Assembly (NCBI GenBank): GCA_038062955.1
Contig: JBBTWE010000001.1
Location: 3,927-67,926, forward strand
Direction: 5' to 3'
Length of the DNA stretch: 64,000 nt
From: Patescibacteria group bacterium
GTDB lineage: Bacteria; Patescibacteriota; Minisyncoccia; Phycocordibacterales; BOKC01
Below, piece by piece: positions 55,392-64,000 of the stretch. The notes beneath the pieces are model-generated. The model ran no database searches, was not told the DNA's origin, and saw only the letters and a list, made by a program, of their open reading frames with translations. The position numbers and the translations under genes are program-made. Each line of letters opens with the position of its first letter. Within the stretch, counting starts at the first letter, position 1.

Positions 55392-56444
55392 GTGAATTTT
55401 TTAACTACTGGAATGCCGCTAGAAATTAAAAAAAATGTTTCTTTAGAAACTCTTAATACTTTCAAGGTTGCAGGGAAGGCTAAATATTTTGCTGAAATAA
55501 ATTCTGTCGATCATTTGAAAGAAGCGATCGAATTTGCTAAAAAAAACAAACTTTCAATTTTTATTTTAGGGGGTGGATCAAATGTTTTAATTTCCGATAA
55601 AAGTTTTGACGGACTTGTTCTAAAAATGAACATCAAGGGGGTTTCTTGGAAAGAAACGGAGGATAGTGTGGAGGTCACAGCCGGCGCTGGGGAAACTTGG
55701 GATGAAGTTGTGAAGGAGTCTGTGGAGAGGAACTTATACGGTCTCCAAAATCTTTCTGGGATTCCTGGGAGTGTTGGGGGCGCTCCAGTGCAAAATATTG
55801 GCGCGTATGGCGCAGAGATAAAAGATGTTCTTCGAAGCGTAGAGGTTTTTGATAAAGAAAAATCGGTTTTTCTCAATTTTTCAAACGAAGATTGTAAGTT
55901 TGGATATCGAGATAGTATTTTTAAAACAAAAGAAGGAGCAAGGTATGTAATTATCAAAGTAACTCTTAGTCTTAAAAAAAACAGCAGTCTGAATTTAAGT
56001 TATAAAGATGTTACTCTATATTTTGCTTCCAAGAAACACATTCCAACTTTAAAGGAGGTGAGGCAGGCCATTTTAGAAATTCGAAATAAAAAATTTCCTG
56101 ATCTTTCAAAAGTTGGTACTGCTGGTTCATTTTTCAAAAACCCAATTGTTTCGAAAGAAAAGTACGATGAACTTTTAAGAAAGTACCCAAATATGCCTTC
56201 GTACGCTTTGCCGAATTCGCTAGTCAAAATTCCCCTAGCTTGGATTATCGATAAAGTTTGCGGTTTAAAAGGGAAAAGGGAAGATAATGTCGGGACATTC
56301 GAAAATCAGGCAATCGTGCTGGTTAACTGGAATGGGGCGACTGGTACAGAAATAAAAAATTTTGCTGAAAAAATAAAGAAAGAAGTTAAAGCAAAAACCG
56401 GGATCGAGGTTGAGATGGAGGTGCAGGAAATTAAGAATAGATAA
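55392..56444 (+). CDS. murB: UDP-N-acetylenolpyruvoylglucosamine reductase
   Basis: FAD-binding ILGGGSNVLISD, C-terminal MurB domain. Confidence 0.85.
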   Translation: MNFLTTGMPLEIKKNVSLETLNTFKVAGKAKYFAEINSVDHLKEAIEFAKKNKLSIFILGGGSNVLISDKSFDGLVLKMNIKGVSWKETEDSVEVTAGAGETWDEVVKESVERNLYGLQNLSGIPGSVGGAPVQNIGAYGAEIKDVLRSVEVFDKEKSVFLNFSNEDCKFGYRDSIFKTKEGARYVIIKVTLSLKKNSSLNLSYKDVTLYFASKKHIPTLKEVRQAILEIRNKKFPDLSKVGTAGSFFKNPIVSKEKYDELLRKYPNMPSYALPNSLVKIPLAWIIDKVCGLKGKREDNVGTFENQAIVLVNWNGATGTEIKNFAEKIKKEVKAKTGIEVEMEVQEIKNR

Positions 56445-56523
56445 AAGACCAAAGATAAAAGAAAAAAGTACTTTAGTCTTTGATCTTTAAGCTTTAATCT
56501 CGTTGTGTTAGAATGTTCGAACT

Positions 56524-59052
56524 ATGGGTATATTAACGTCTATATTCGGTGATACCTCAACTAAAATCATTAAGAGCGTGGGACCCTTAGTGAAAGAGAT
56601 AAACAGCCTTGAAGAAAAGGTCTCTTTGCTTGCAAATGAAGAATTTCCTCTTGAAACTCAAAAATTAAAGGAAAGAATAAAGTCGGGTGAAAAATTAGAC
56701 GCGCTTGAGCCACTCGCTTTTGCTCTCGTGCGGGAGGCCGCTAAAAGAACTTTAAAACAAAGGCATTTCGATGTTCAGCTTTTGGGTGGAGCAGTTTTAC
56801 ATAGAGGAAATATTGCTGAAATGAAAACTGGAGAAGGAAAAACTCTGGTTGCAACTTTACCAGCATTTATCAACGCTTTGGAGGGTAAGGGAGTTCATGT
56901 TGTTACAGTAAATGATTATCTAGCGCGAAGAGATGCTGTCTGGATGGGCCAAATTTATAATTTCTTAGGTCTTTCGGTTGGGATTATAGGCCATGAAGCG
57001 TCTTATCTGTATGATCCGGAACACGTTGAACAAGCTCAAAACTCAAAACTTAAAACTCAAAACTTAAATTTAAACTTAAAAAGTGAAGGAAAAAAAGAAG
57101 ATGCTTTAGATAAAGTGCGAGATATAGAAGGAGGGTTTAAAGTTGTTCATGAATTTCTGCGACCATGCACCAGGAGAGAATCTTATGCGGCGGATATTAC
57201 TTATGGTACAAACAACGAGTTTGGTTTTGATTATCTAAGAGACAATCTTGAGTATGAAGAAGGGAAGCTAAGACAGAGAGAATTTCACTACGCTATTGTC
57301 GATGAAGTAGATTCTATTTTAATTGATGAAGCGAGGACCCCACTCATCATTTCTGCTCCATCTGGAGAAGCCGGAGATCTTTATCGGGTTTTCACCAAAG
57401 TTGCCGAAAGAATGAATGAGAATGAAGATTACGAAGTTGATGAAAAACTCAAAGCTATAACCCTCACTGAAAAAGGCATAGACAAAGCCGAAGGATTTTT
57501 GAAGGTAGGAAATATCTATACCGAAAAGGGGATGAAGCTCGTGCATCACTTAGAAAATGCTGTAAGGGCCAAAGCTCTCTTTAAGCGCGACACTGATTAT
57601 GTGGTAAAAAACAATGAGGTTGTGATTGTCGATGCTTTTACCGGGCGCATGCAGCCGGGAAGACGTTGGTCAGGTGGCCTTCATCAGGCTATAGAGTCAA
57701 AAGAAGGAGTAAAAGTTGAACAGGAATCGCGAACTTTCGCTTCTATTACTTTTCAAAATTATTTCAGGATGTACAAGAAGCTCTCTGGAATGACTGGAAC
57801 TGCTCTCACTTCTTCCGAGGAATTTTATACTGTGTATGGTTTAAATACAGTTTCTATTCCGACAAATAAACCAATCCAAAGAATAGATCATAATGATTTT
57901 ATTTTTCAGACTGAAATTGGAAAATTTAAAGCGCTCGCACGTAGGGTAAAAGAATTAAACGAAAAGGGCCAGCCGGTTTTAATCGGAACTGTTTCTATTG
58001 AGAAAAATGAACTCATTTCTGAATATTTGAAACACTCTGGAATCAAGCATGAAGTTTTAAATGCTAAAAATCATGAGAGAGAAGGAGAAATAATCGCTCA
58101 AGCTGGGAGAAAGGGTGCGGTCACAATCGCGACCAACATGGCTGGTCGAGGTGTTGATATAAAGCTGGGAGGGAACCCTTCGACTCCCGCGCAGTACGAG
58201 GAAGTTAAAAAATTAGGTGGTTTATTTGTTTTGGGTACAGAGAGACACGAAGCAAGACGTATTGATAATCAGCTAAGGGGTCGCAGCGCGCGCCAAGGAG
58301 ACCCTGGGGAGACTCAATTTTTTGTATCTTTGGAAGATTCACTCATGAGAGTTTTTGCTAAGGACATGATTAAAAACCTCATGGGACGCCTTGGAATTGC
58401 AGAGGATCAACCGATAGAAAATCGTCTCATAACTCGTTCGCTTGAAACCGCTCAAGGCAAAATTGAAGGTTTTAATTTTGACTCTCGAAAACATGTTTTG
58501 GAATATGATGATGTTCTGAATTTTCAGCGTGGAAAGATTTATGGAAGGCGCCGAAAGATTTTAAGCGGGGATCGTGAGGCTATGGATAGCTTTATAGGGG
58601 AACTTTCAAAAATTGAAGAAGGAGCGCAAGATAAAGTTGCTTCAAAGAAAAAAGAATTGGGCGAAGAGAAGTTCTATGTCGGTTTAAGAAGAATGCTTAT
58701 TCAGGCAATCGATATTTCCTGGGTCGATCATTTGGAGGGAATGGATTACCTTCGTAGCAGTGTAAATCTCCGTGCCTATGGACAGAGAGATCCATTAATA
58801 GAGTATAAAAAAGAAGGTCTGCGACTCTTTAAAGACATGGAAGAAGGATTACAGAGCCAAGTTTACGATGCTATATCCAAATTGAATTCCGATTCTGCGC
58901 CGGTTCTCAAAAATGAACCTATTAAAATAGTTTTGCCAGAGGCTGGAAGTTCCGACAAAGACAAAGCAGGCAGGAATGATCCATGTCCTTGCGGGAGCGG
59001 TCTTAAATGGAAGAAATGCGGCTTAATAAATTCGCCGGAACATAAAAAATAG
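56524..59052 (+). CDS. secA: preprotein translocase ATPase SecA with low-complexity heptamer-encoded insertion and C-terminal zinc motif
   Basis: MKTGEGKTLVATL Walker A, DEVDSILIDEARTPLIIS, C-terminal CPCGSGLKWKKC. Confidence 0.95.
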   Translation: MGILTSIFGDTSTKIIKSVGPLVKEINSLEEKVSLLANEEFPLETQKLKERIKSGEKLDALEPLAFALVREAAKRTLKQRHFDVQLLGGAVLHRGNIAEMKTGEGKTLVATLPAFINALEGKGVHVVTVNDYLARRDAVWMGQIYNFLGLSVGIIGHEASYLYDPEHVEQAQNSKLKTQNLNLNLKSEGKKEDALDKVRDIEGGFKVVHEFLRPCTRRESYAADITYGTNNEFGFDYLRDNLEYEEGKLRQREFHYAIVDEVDSILIDEARTPLIISAPSGEAGDLYRVFTKVAERMNENEDYEVDEKLKAITLTEKGIDKAEGFLKVGNIYTEKGMKLVHHLENAVRAKALFKRDTDYVVKNNEVVIVDAFTGRMQPGRRWSGGLHQAIESKEGVKVEQESRTFASITFQNYFRMYKKLSGMTGTALTSSEEFYTVYGLNTVSIPTNKPIQRIDHNDFIFQTEIGKFKALARRVKELNEKGQPVLIGTVSIEKNELISEYLKHSGIKHEVLNAKNHEREGEIIAQAGRKGAVTIATNMAGRGVDIKLGGNPSTPAQYEEVKKLGGLFVLGTERHEARRIDNQLRGRSARQGDPGETQFFVSLEDSLMRVFAKDMIKNLMGRLGIAEDQPIENRLITRSLETAQGKIEGFNFDSRKHVLEYDDVLNFQRGKIYGRRRKILSGDREAMDSFIGELSKIEEGAQDKVASKKKELGEEKFYVGLRRMLIQAIDISWVDHLEGMDYLRSSVNLRAYGQRDPLIEYKKEGLRLFKDMEEGLQSQVYDAISKLNSDSAPVLKNEPIKIVLPEAGSSDKDKAGRNDPCPCGSGLKWKKCGLINSPEHKK
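57035..57076 (+). repeat. in-frame heptamer repeat (CTYAAAA)x5 inside secA
   Basis: ctcaaaa ctcaaaa cttaaaa ctcaaaa cttaaat encoding QNSKLKTQNLNL. Confidence 0.55.
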
Positions 59053-59059
59053 ATTAAAA

Positions 59060-59200
59060 ATGAAAAAAGGAGATAGAAGAGTGATAGAAAAACTTTCTCA
59101 CTTTAATTGTTCGGGTTGTAAAAAATGGTGGTCAATTAGTGACGCTCCGGACAAGAAAAAGGAATGGTTTTGTCCGTGGTGCGGAGAAAATTATAAATAA
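59060..59200 (+). CDS. small zinc-ribbon protein (46 aa), hypothetical
   Basis: MKKGDRRVIEKLSHFNCSGCKKWWSISDAPDKKKEWFCPWCGENYK; CxxC...CxxC; below ORF-track size cutoff. Confidence 0.3.
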   Translation: MKKGDRRVIEKLSHFNCSGCKKWWSISDAPDKKKEWFCPWCGENYK

Positions 59201-59235
59201 AAAAGAGCCCTCGCAGAACATTCCTGCGGGGGCTC
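59193..59235 (-). terminator. rho-independent terminator
   Basis: gagccctcgcag-aacattc-ctgcgggggctc; U-run on minus. Confidence 0.5.
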
Positions 59236-59264
59236 GAGCTCGTGGGCTGGGTGCGGTGGGGAGA

Positions 59265-59528
59265 TCAGACGACATCCGTTCTCTCCCGGTAGGCCCTTTT
59301 CTTCCAGTAAAGGAAGAGACCGAGACCGCCAAGGAGGACGAATGTGCTGCCGATACAAACGGCCGCTTCGAATGCGTCACCCACACTTGCGTTGACGTAG
59401 CCAAGGATGAGTCCCAGGATGGTCCCGCTTGCCAGAACCACCAGCACCACTAGAGACGAAATTGACCACTTCATGGCTGTTTTCCAAAGAACTGTCACCA
59501 CGACCCCGTCGTGGACACGGATTCCCAA
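59265..59528 (-). CDS. hypothetical small membrane protein, GC-rich island
   Basis: 87 aa, two hydrophobic helices, GC-rich with own terminator. Confidence 0.4.
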   Translation of the reverse strand: MGIRVHDGVVVTVLWKTAMKWSISSLVVLVVLASGTILGLILGYVNASVGDAFEAAVCIGSTFVLLGGLGLFLYWKKRAYRERTDVV

Positions 59529-59685
59529 CTAAGTTAGGAACATCTTAATGATAGCACAAACTACTTTTTATGTCAAGGGGAATTTGGTGGCTAAAAATAA
59601 CGGCATAATAACACCTAAATTAGTGACTAAATGATGCAATTTTGTTAGAATAAAAGAGTTAGATAAAAATATTAAATTCACAAAA

Positions 59686-60090
59686 ATGAAAAATAAAGCC
59701 ATATTGATCGGTATAATCATTGTAGTCATTGCTTTCGCAGCTTATTTGGCTATTCCTGCCACCAGTGGTCCGGGAAAATACGACGAATTTGCACAATGTC
59801 TCAAAGATAAAGGAGCTCTCTTTTACGGCGCTTTCTGGTGTCCGCATTGTCGAGATCAAAAGGATCTGTTCGAAGGATCTGCAAGCAAACTTCCTTATGT
59901 AGAATGTTCTACCCCGGATGGCAAAGGGCAACTATCAGTTTGCGAAGAAAAAGAAATTAAATCTTATCCGACCTGGACATTTGCGGATGGAGAAATAGTT
60001 GCAAGTTTAATGACTTTAGAACAGTTATCGACGAAAACAGGTTGTCCTCTAACTCCCGGCACACAAACTGCTACGACCACTCAAATCTAA
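59686..60090 (+). CDS. membrane-anchored thioredoxin-fold oxidoreductase (DsbA/BdbD-like)
   Basis: N-terminal TM helix; FWCPHC active site. Confidence 0.6.
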   Translation: MKNKAILIGIIIVVIAFAAYLAIPATSGPGKYDEFAQCLKDKGALFYGAFWCPHCRDQKDLFEGSASKLPYVECSTPDGKGQLSVCEEKEIKSYPTWTFADGEIVASLMTLEQLSTKTGCPLTPGTQTATTTQI

Positions 60091-60107
60091 TCTTCCTTGA
60101 AACTTAA

Positions 60108-60650
60108 ATGTCAGATTTTACATTATGGTTTAATAATATTCTTTCGATAATTATTCTTCTCAGTAATGTTTTTTTTGTGCTTATCCTAATCGCTTTTATT
60201 GCCCGCTCGAGTAGCTTAGGTAAAAAGTTCTTGAACCTTGTAAGGCGATATTCCTATCATCTTGTATTTCTCCTGTCTTTTGGTGGGGTAGTAGGCAGTC
60301 TCATTTATTCAGAGATAGTAGGTTTTGCACCTTGCGTTTTTTGCTGGTATCAGAGAATCTTTTTATATTCCATAGCAATTCTTACTCTGGTGGCTCTCAT
60401 AAAAAAAGAAAAAGTTTTAAACGCTTATCTTTTGTCGCTCGCTATCCCGGGCGCGATAATCGGATTCTATCAATATGCGGTAACCACGCTAGGAGCTCCA
60501 TCTTTAACACCTTGTACGGCCGTGGGTGGCGGATGTTCGTTAACTTACTTTATAAATTTTGGATACATCACGATTCCTTTCATGGCTTTTTCTGCTTTCG
60601 CTTTGATCGCTGTAATAATATTAGTAGACAAATTCTTAAAAAGAACCTAG
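60108..60650 (+). CDS. disulfide bond formation protein B (DsbB/BdbC-like)
   Basis: 4 TM; PCVFCWYQR and second Cys pair TPCTAVGGGC. Confidence 0.65.
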   Translation: MSDFTLWFNNILSIIILLSNVFFVLILIAFIARSSSLGKKFLNLVRRYSYHLVFLLSFGGVVGSLIYSEIVGFAPCVFCWYQRIFLYSIAILTLVALIKKEKVLNAYLLSLAIPGAIIGFYQYAVTTLGAPSLTPCTAVGGGCSLTYFINFGYITIPFMAFSAFALIAVIILVDKFLKRT

Positions 60651-60714
60651 TGCCTTGTTCTATCTGGTGTGATATCTATAACCAATTTTAATGTACCGGC
60701 AAATTTGAAAAATT

Positions 60715-61605
60715 ATGTTATTTCATAAGAAAAAATTAATTATCACTCATAGTGGCCAATTTCATGCCGATGATGTTTTTGCTGTGGCCGCTCTACAAAT
60801 TCTATTTGGTGAAAAGAATATTAAAATCACAAGAACTCGAGATGAAAAAGTGATAGTGAGGGGTGATATTGTGATTGATGTAGGGGGCATTTATGACGAA
60901 TCAAAGGCTAGATTTGACCATCATCAAACAGAAGGGGCAGGAAAGAGAGAGAATGGCATCCCTTATTCTTCTTTAGGGTTAATTTGGAAAAGATATGGAA
61001 AAGATATCTGTGGAAGTGAGAAAGTTGCAAATCATCTCGATGCTTCTCTGGTCCAGCCAATTGATGCTGGGGACAATGGAATGGAAATTTACAAACCTAT
61101 TAATGATGTGATGCCTTACACCGTCTCTGGTATTGTGCATGCTTTTAATCCCGCTTGGGACGAGAAGTGGGATGTGAACGAAGGCTTCTTTGAAGTATTG
61201 GAGTTTACTAAGAAAATCTTAAAGAGAGAAATTAAACGAGCGCAATCAAAATTTAAAGGTGAAGAAATCGCCACTCAAATTTATAAAAATACAGAAGATA
61301 AAAGAATTATTATTTTAGATAAAGACTATCCGGTTGCAGGACTCATGGTGCAATTTCCAGAACCCTTGTTCGTTGTTTATCCAAAAAGTGGCACATGGCA
61401 TACTGTTGCGGTGAGACAAAATCTTTTTGATTTTAAAATTCGAAAACCTTTTCCAGCGTCTTGGGCAGGGAAGAGGGATGGGGAGCTCGTGAAATTGACC
61501 GGAGTTTCCGATGCAATCTTTTGTCATCGCAATCTATTTTTATCAGTAGCTAAATCGAAAAACGGAGCCGTAGAACTTGCTCGTAAAGCACTTTCAAACA
61601 ATTAA
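60715..61605 (+). CDS. MYG1/UPF0160-family metal-dependent hydrolase
   Basis: ITHSGQFHADDVFAVAAL...RFDHHQ. Confidence 0.6.
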   Translation: MLFHKKKLIITHSGQFHADDVFAVAALQILFGEKNIKITRTRDEKVIVRGDIVIDVGGIYDESKARFDHHQTEGAGKRENGIPYSSLGLIWKRYGKDICGSEKVANHLDASLVQPIDAGDNGMEIYKPINDVMPYTVSGIVHAFNPAWDEKWDVNEGFFEVLEFTKKILKREIKRAQSKFKGEEIATQIYKNTEDKRIIILDKDYPVAGLMVQFPEPLFVVYPKSGTWHTVAVRQNLFDFKIRKPFPASWAGKRDGELVKLTGVSDAIFCHRNLFLSVAKSKNGAVELARKALSNN

Positions 61606-61647
61606 ATATTTTCTTGCTTTTAAATCCATAACCCTTATCCTTAAGGT

Positions 61648-62628
61648 ATGTTAATAGATGAATTAAAACTACATATTAAAGCGGGGCGGGGTGGCAACGG
61701 TGTTGTTCGTTGGAGACATGAAAAAGGGAGAGATATGGCAGGCCCAGGAGGTGGAAATGGAGGAAAAGGCTCCGATGTTTTAGTCGAAGCCTTTAGAGAT
61801 ATTTCACTTCTCGCAAGCTATAAACATTTAAAAGAAATCGCGGGGGAGGATGGTCAATCTGGTATGAGGAATGGTATGCATGGGCGGGACGGAGAAGATT
61901 TAATAATAAAATTACCTGTTGGAACAATTCTTACAAATCTCGAAACAGAAGAAAAATTCTCTTTGGAAAAAGAAGGTCAGATAATTAAGATTCTTCATGG
62001 TGGTAAAAAAGGACTTGGAAATGAAGTCTTCAAGTCTTCTGTAAATGTAAGTCCACAGGAGTCTACGGAGGGGAAGCTAGGTGAAGAGGCGGATTTTTTA
62101 ATTGAGCTTGAACTTATAGCTGACGCCGGTCTTATTGGCTTGCCAAATGCTGGAAAGACTAGTCTGTTGAATTCCTTAACCAATGCTAGACACAAGGTCG
62201 GAGATTATCCATTTACTACTTTAGAACCAAATTTAGGAGCTTTGTACGGGTACGTTCTTGCTGACATTCCTGGCTTAATTGAAGATTCAGCTAAAGGTAA
62301 AGGTCTGGGAATTAAATTCCTAAAGCACATTAAAAGAACTAAAATCCTCTTACATTGTGTTTCTTTAGAAAATCCAGACGTTATAAAAGCTTATAAAACT
62401 ATAAGAAAAGAACTGAAAGGTTATAAGGATGATTTAGTTAATAAAGATGAATATATTATCCTTACAAAAACTGATTTAGTTGATGAAAACGCCTTAAAAT
62501 CGACAATTAAAAACCTAAAAGCAGAAATACCATCTATAAATATTTTCACTAGCTCCATTTTGGATGAAAATGCTCTGAATAAACTAAAAACCACCATAAT
62601 GGAATTATTGAAGAAAAGAGCAAATTAA
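61648..62628 (+). CDS. obg: GTPase Obg/CgtA (no C-terminal domain)
   Basis: Glycine-rich Obg fold GRGGNGVVRW...GGGNGGKGSDV; G1 GLPNAGKTSLL, G3 DIPGLIE, G4 TKTD. Confidence 0.9.
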   Translation: MLIDELKLHIKAGRGGNGVVRWRHEKGRDMAGPGGGNGGKGSDVLVEAFRDISLLASYKHLKEIAGEDGQSGMRNGMHGRDGEDLIIKLPVGTILTNLETEEKFSLEKEGQIIKILHGGKKGLGNEVFKSSVNVSPQESTEGKLGEEADFLIELELIADAGLIGLPNAGKTSLLNSLTNARHKVGDYPFTTLEPNLGALYGYVLADIPGLIEDSAKGKGLGIKFLKHIKRTKILLHCVSLENPDVIKAYKTIRKELKGYKDDLVNKDEYIILTKTDLVDENALKSTIKNLKAEIPSINIFTSSILDENALNKLKTTIMELLKKRAN

Positions 62629-62665
62629 GATTTCGCATTAGATATTCTTGGAACAGATAAAAAAT

Positions 62666-62700
62666 AGAGTGCTTCGATTTATTCGCACTCTATTTTTTTA
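62666..62700 (+). terminator. rho-independent terminator after obg
   Basis: agagtgc-ttcgatttattc-gcactct then T8. Confidence 0.55.
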
Positions 62701-62759
62701 TTTTGGTTTTTTCATATTTCTCCCTTTACTCTTTCGTGTTTATTCTTTAATCTTTAACT

Positions 62760-64000
62760 ATGAAAGATTACGTCCCAACAATAGGATTAGAAATTCATGC
62801 GGAGCTCAAAACTAAAACAAAGATGTTTTGTGGCAGTCTAAATGACTCCGAGGAAAAACGTCCAAATGTAAACATTTGCGAGGTTTGTATGGCTGAACCC
62901 GGATCACTTCCAACTATAAATAAACAAGCAGTAAAAAATGTTTTAAAAATCGGTTTGGCTTTGAACGGAAAAATTGCTGACTTTACAGAATTTGATAGAA
63001 AAAATTATTTTTATCCAGACATACCAAAAGGCTATCAGATAAGTCAGTATAAGTATCCATTAGTGCAAGGTGGGGAACTAAATGGAGTTTCACTTACCAG
63101 GATTCATCTTGAAGAAGATACTGCCAAATCTACTCACCAGGGTGGTGATTTTAGTTTGGTAGATTTTAATCGCGCAGGTGTTCCTCTCATGGAGCTTGTT
63201 ACCGAACCAGTTATAAAATCAGCAGAAGAAGCATCTGGCTTTGCTCGAGAACTTCAAATGGTTTTGCGATACTTGGATATATCAGATGCAGACATGGAAA
63301 AAGGTAATATGCGAGTGGAGGTTAATATATCTATTAAACGCTCGAGTTCTGATGTTAAAAATCCAACCACAAAGTTGGGAACGAAGGTTGAAATAAAAAA
63401 TCTCAACTCATTTAAGACGGTTGAAAAAGCAATTGAATATGAAATCAAGCGACAGACAAAAGTACTAGAAGAGGGGAGCAAGGTCGTTCAGGAAACCAGG
63501 GGATGGAATGAAATAAAACAGGAAACTTTCTCCCAGAGAATAAAAGAAGATTCTCATGACTACAGGTATTTTCCTGATCCGGATCTGCCGAAACTTTTTA
63601 TAAGCCAAATTCCAGAATTTAGCGAAGAAGCTCTTCGAAAAGAAATTCCAGAATTACCAAAAGAAAAAAGGGCTAGGTACAAAGAACAATATAATTTAAC
63701 AGAAGAGGATGCGGAATTTTTTATTCGAAATAAAGATTTTGATGATGTTTTTAAAATGGCATTAGGAAGCATTAAGGATGGTAATGAAAAATCAACAAAA
63801 TTGGTTTCAAATTATATAATTTCAGATTTGGCAGGGATTGTTAAAGAATTTCCTGGAGTGATGACCAACAAGACAAAAATAGCGGAAGACGTTGCTTTAA
63901 TAGTAGACACAATAATCACTGGTAAAATTTCCTCTCGTGGTGCCAAAGATGTGTTAAGGGCTACATTAGAGACTAATAGAACCGCTAAAGAAGTTATAGG
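62760..64000 (+). CDS. gatB: Asp/Glu-tRNA amidotransferase subunit B (3' end outside window)
   Basis: MKDYVPTIGLEIHAELKTKTKMFC...NYFYPDIPKGYQISQ; open to window end. Confidence 0.85.
   Translation, partial: MKDYVPTIGLEIHAELKTKTKMFCGSLNDSEEKRPNVNICEVCMAEPGSLPTINKQAVKNVLKIGLALNGKIADFTEFDRKNYFYPDIPKGYQISQYKYPLVQGGELNGVSLTRIHLEEDTAKSTHQGGDFSLVDFNRAGVPLMELVTEPVIKSAEEASGFARELQMVLRYLDISDADMEKGNMRVEVNISIKRSSSDVKNPTTKLGTKVEIKNLNSFKTVEKAIEYEIKRQTKVLEEGSKVVQETRGWNEIKQETFSQRIKEDSHDYRYFPDPDLPKLFISQIPEFSEEALRKEIPELPKEKRARYKEQYNLTEEDAEFFIRNKDFDDVFKMALGSIKDGNEKSTKLVSNYIISDLAGIVKEFPGVMTNKTKIAEDVALIVDTIITGKISSRGAKDVLRATLETNRTAKEVI

Noticed and set aside
1-64000. Search for tRNA, rRNA and CRISPR arrays
   Set aside because: No T-loop/anticodon-arm-like cloverleaf candidates were found in the intergenic regions, and no regularly spaced direct repeats with unique spacers. 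The only repeats are the MITE-like copies and heptamer arrays reported above.

Overview
This is an AT-rich (~35% GC) bacterial window. The lack of Shine-Dalgarno sequences on most native genes, the small SecA/Obg/MetK proteins and a lamin-tail-domain protein are consistent with a CPR/Parcubacteria-like genome, but that placement is tentative. The window starts in a broken dcw cluster (murD 3' end, then murC) and ends with murB, secA, a DsbA/DsbB-like pair, obg and gatB. Between them lies a ~45 kb cell-surface glycan island. It contains several GT4 glycosyltransferases, an MBOAT plus SGNH O-acetylation pair, a UDP-GlcNAc 2-epimerase, two Capsule_synth (KpsC/KpsS-like) proteins flanking an MsbA-like ABC exporter, and an EamA transporter. 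It also contains a nonulosonic-acid pathway resembling pseudaminic acid: PseB-like, PseC-like, a GNAT (PseH candidate), a NeuB/PseI-like synthase and a CMP-sugar cytidylyltransferase. The most notable feature sits next to that pathway: an ACP-dependent acyl-building module (FkbH-like loader, ACP, AcpS, MaoC dehydratase, SDR), followed by an AAC(3)-like N-acyltransferase, a DUF4910 aminopeptidase-like protein and a TylF-like methyltransferase. From memory, this matches the poorly understood Cj1293-Cj1302 flagellin-glycan modification locus of Campylobacter jejuni (di-O-methylglyceroyl-Pse). Other features include a SAM-I riboswitch whose metK leader is interrupted by a MITE-like repeat, a modular family of GC-rich intergenic repeats, and inverted arrays of heptanucleotide repeats directly upstream of several glycan genes. 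There are in-frame heptamer repeat tracts inside a GT4 gene, an oxidoreductase gene and secA. At least ten GC-rich single-gene modules, each with its own promoter, SD and terminator, are scattered through the window; four of them encode nucleotide hydrolase or nucleotide-binding folds. A split ATP-citrate-lyase-like trio is also present. No rRNA, tRNA or CRISPR arrays were found.
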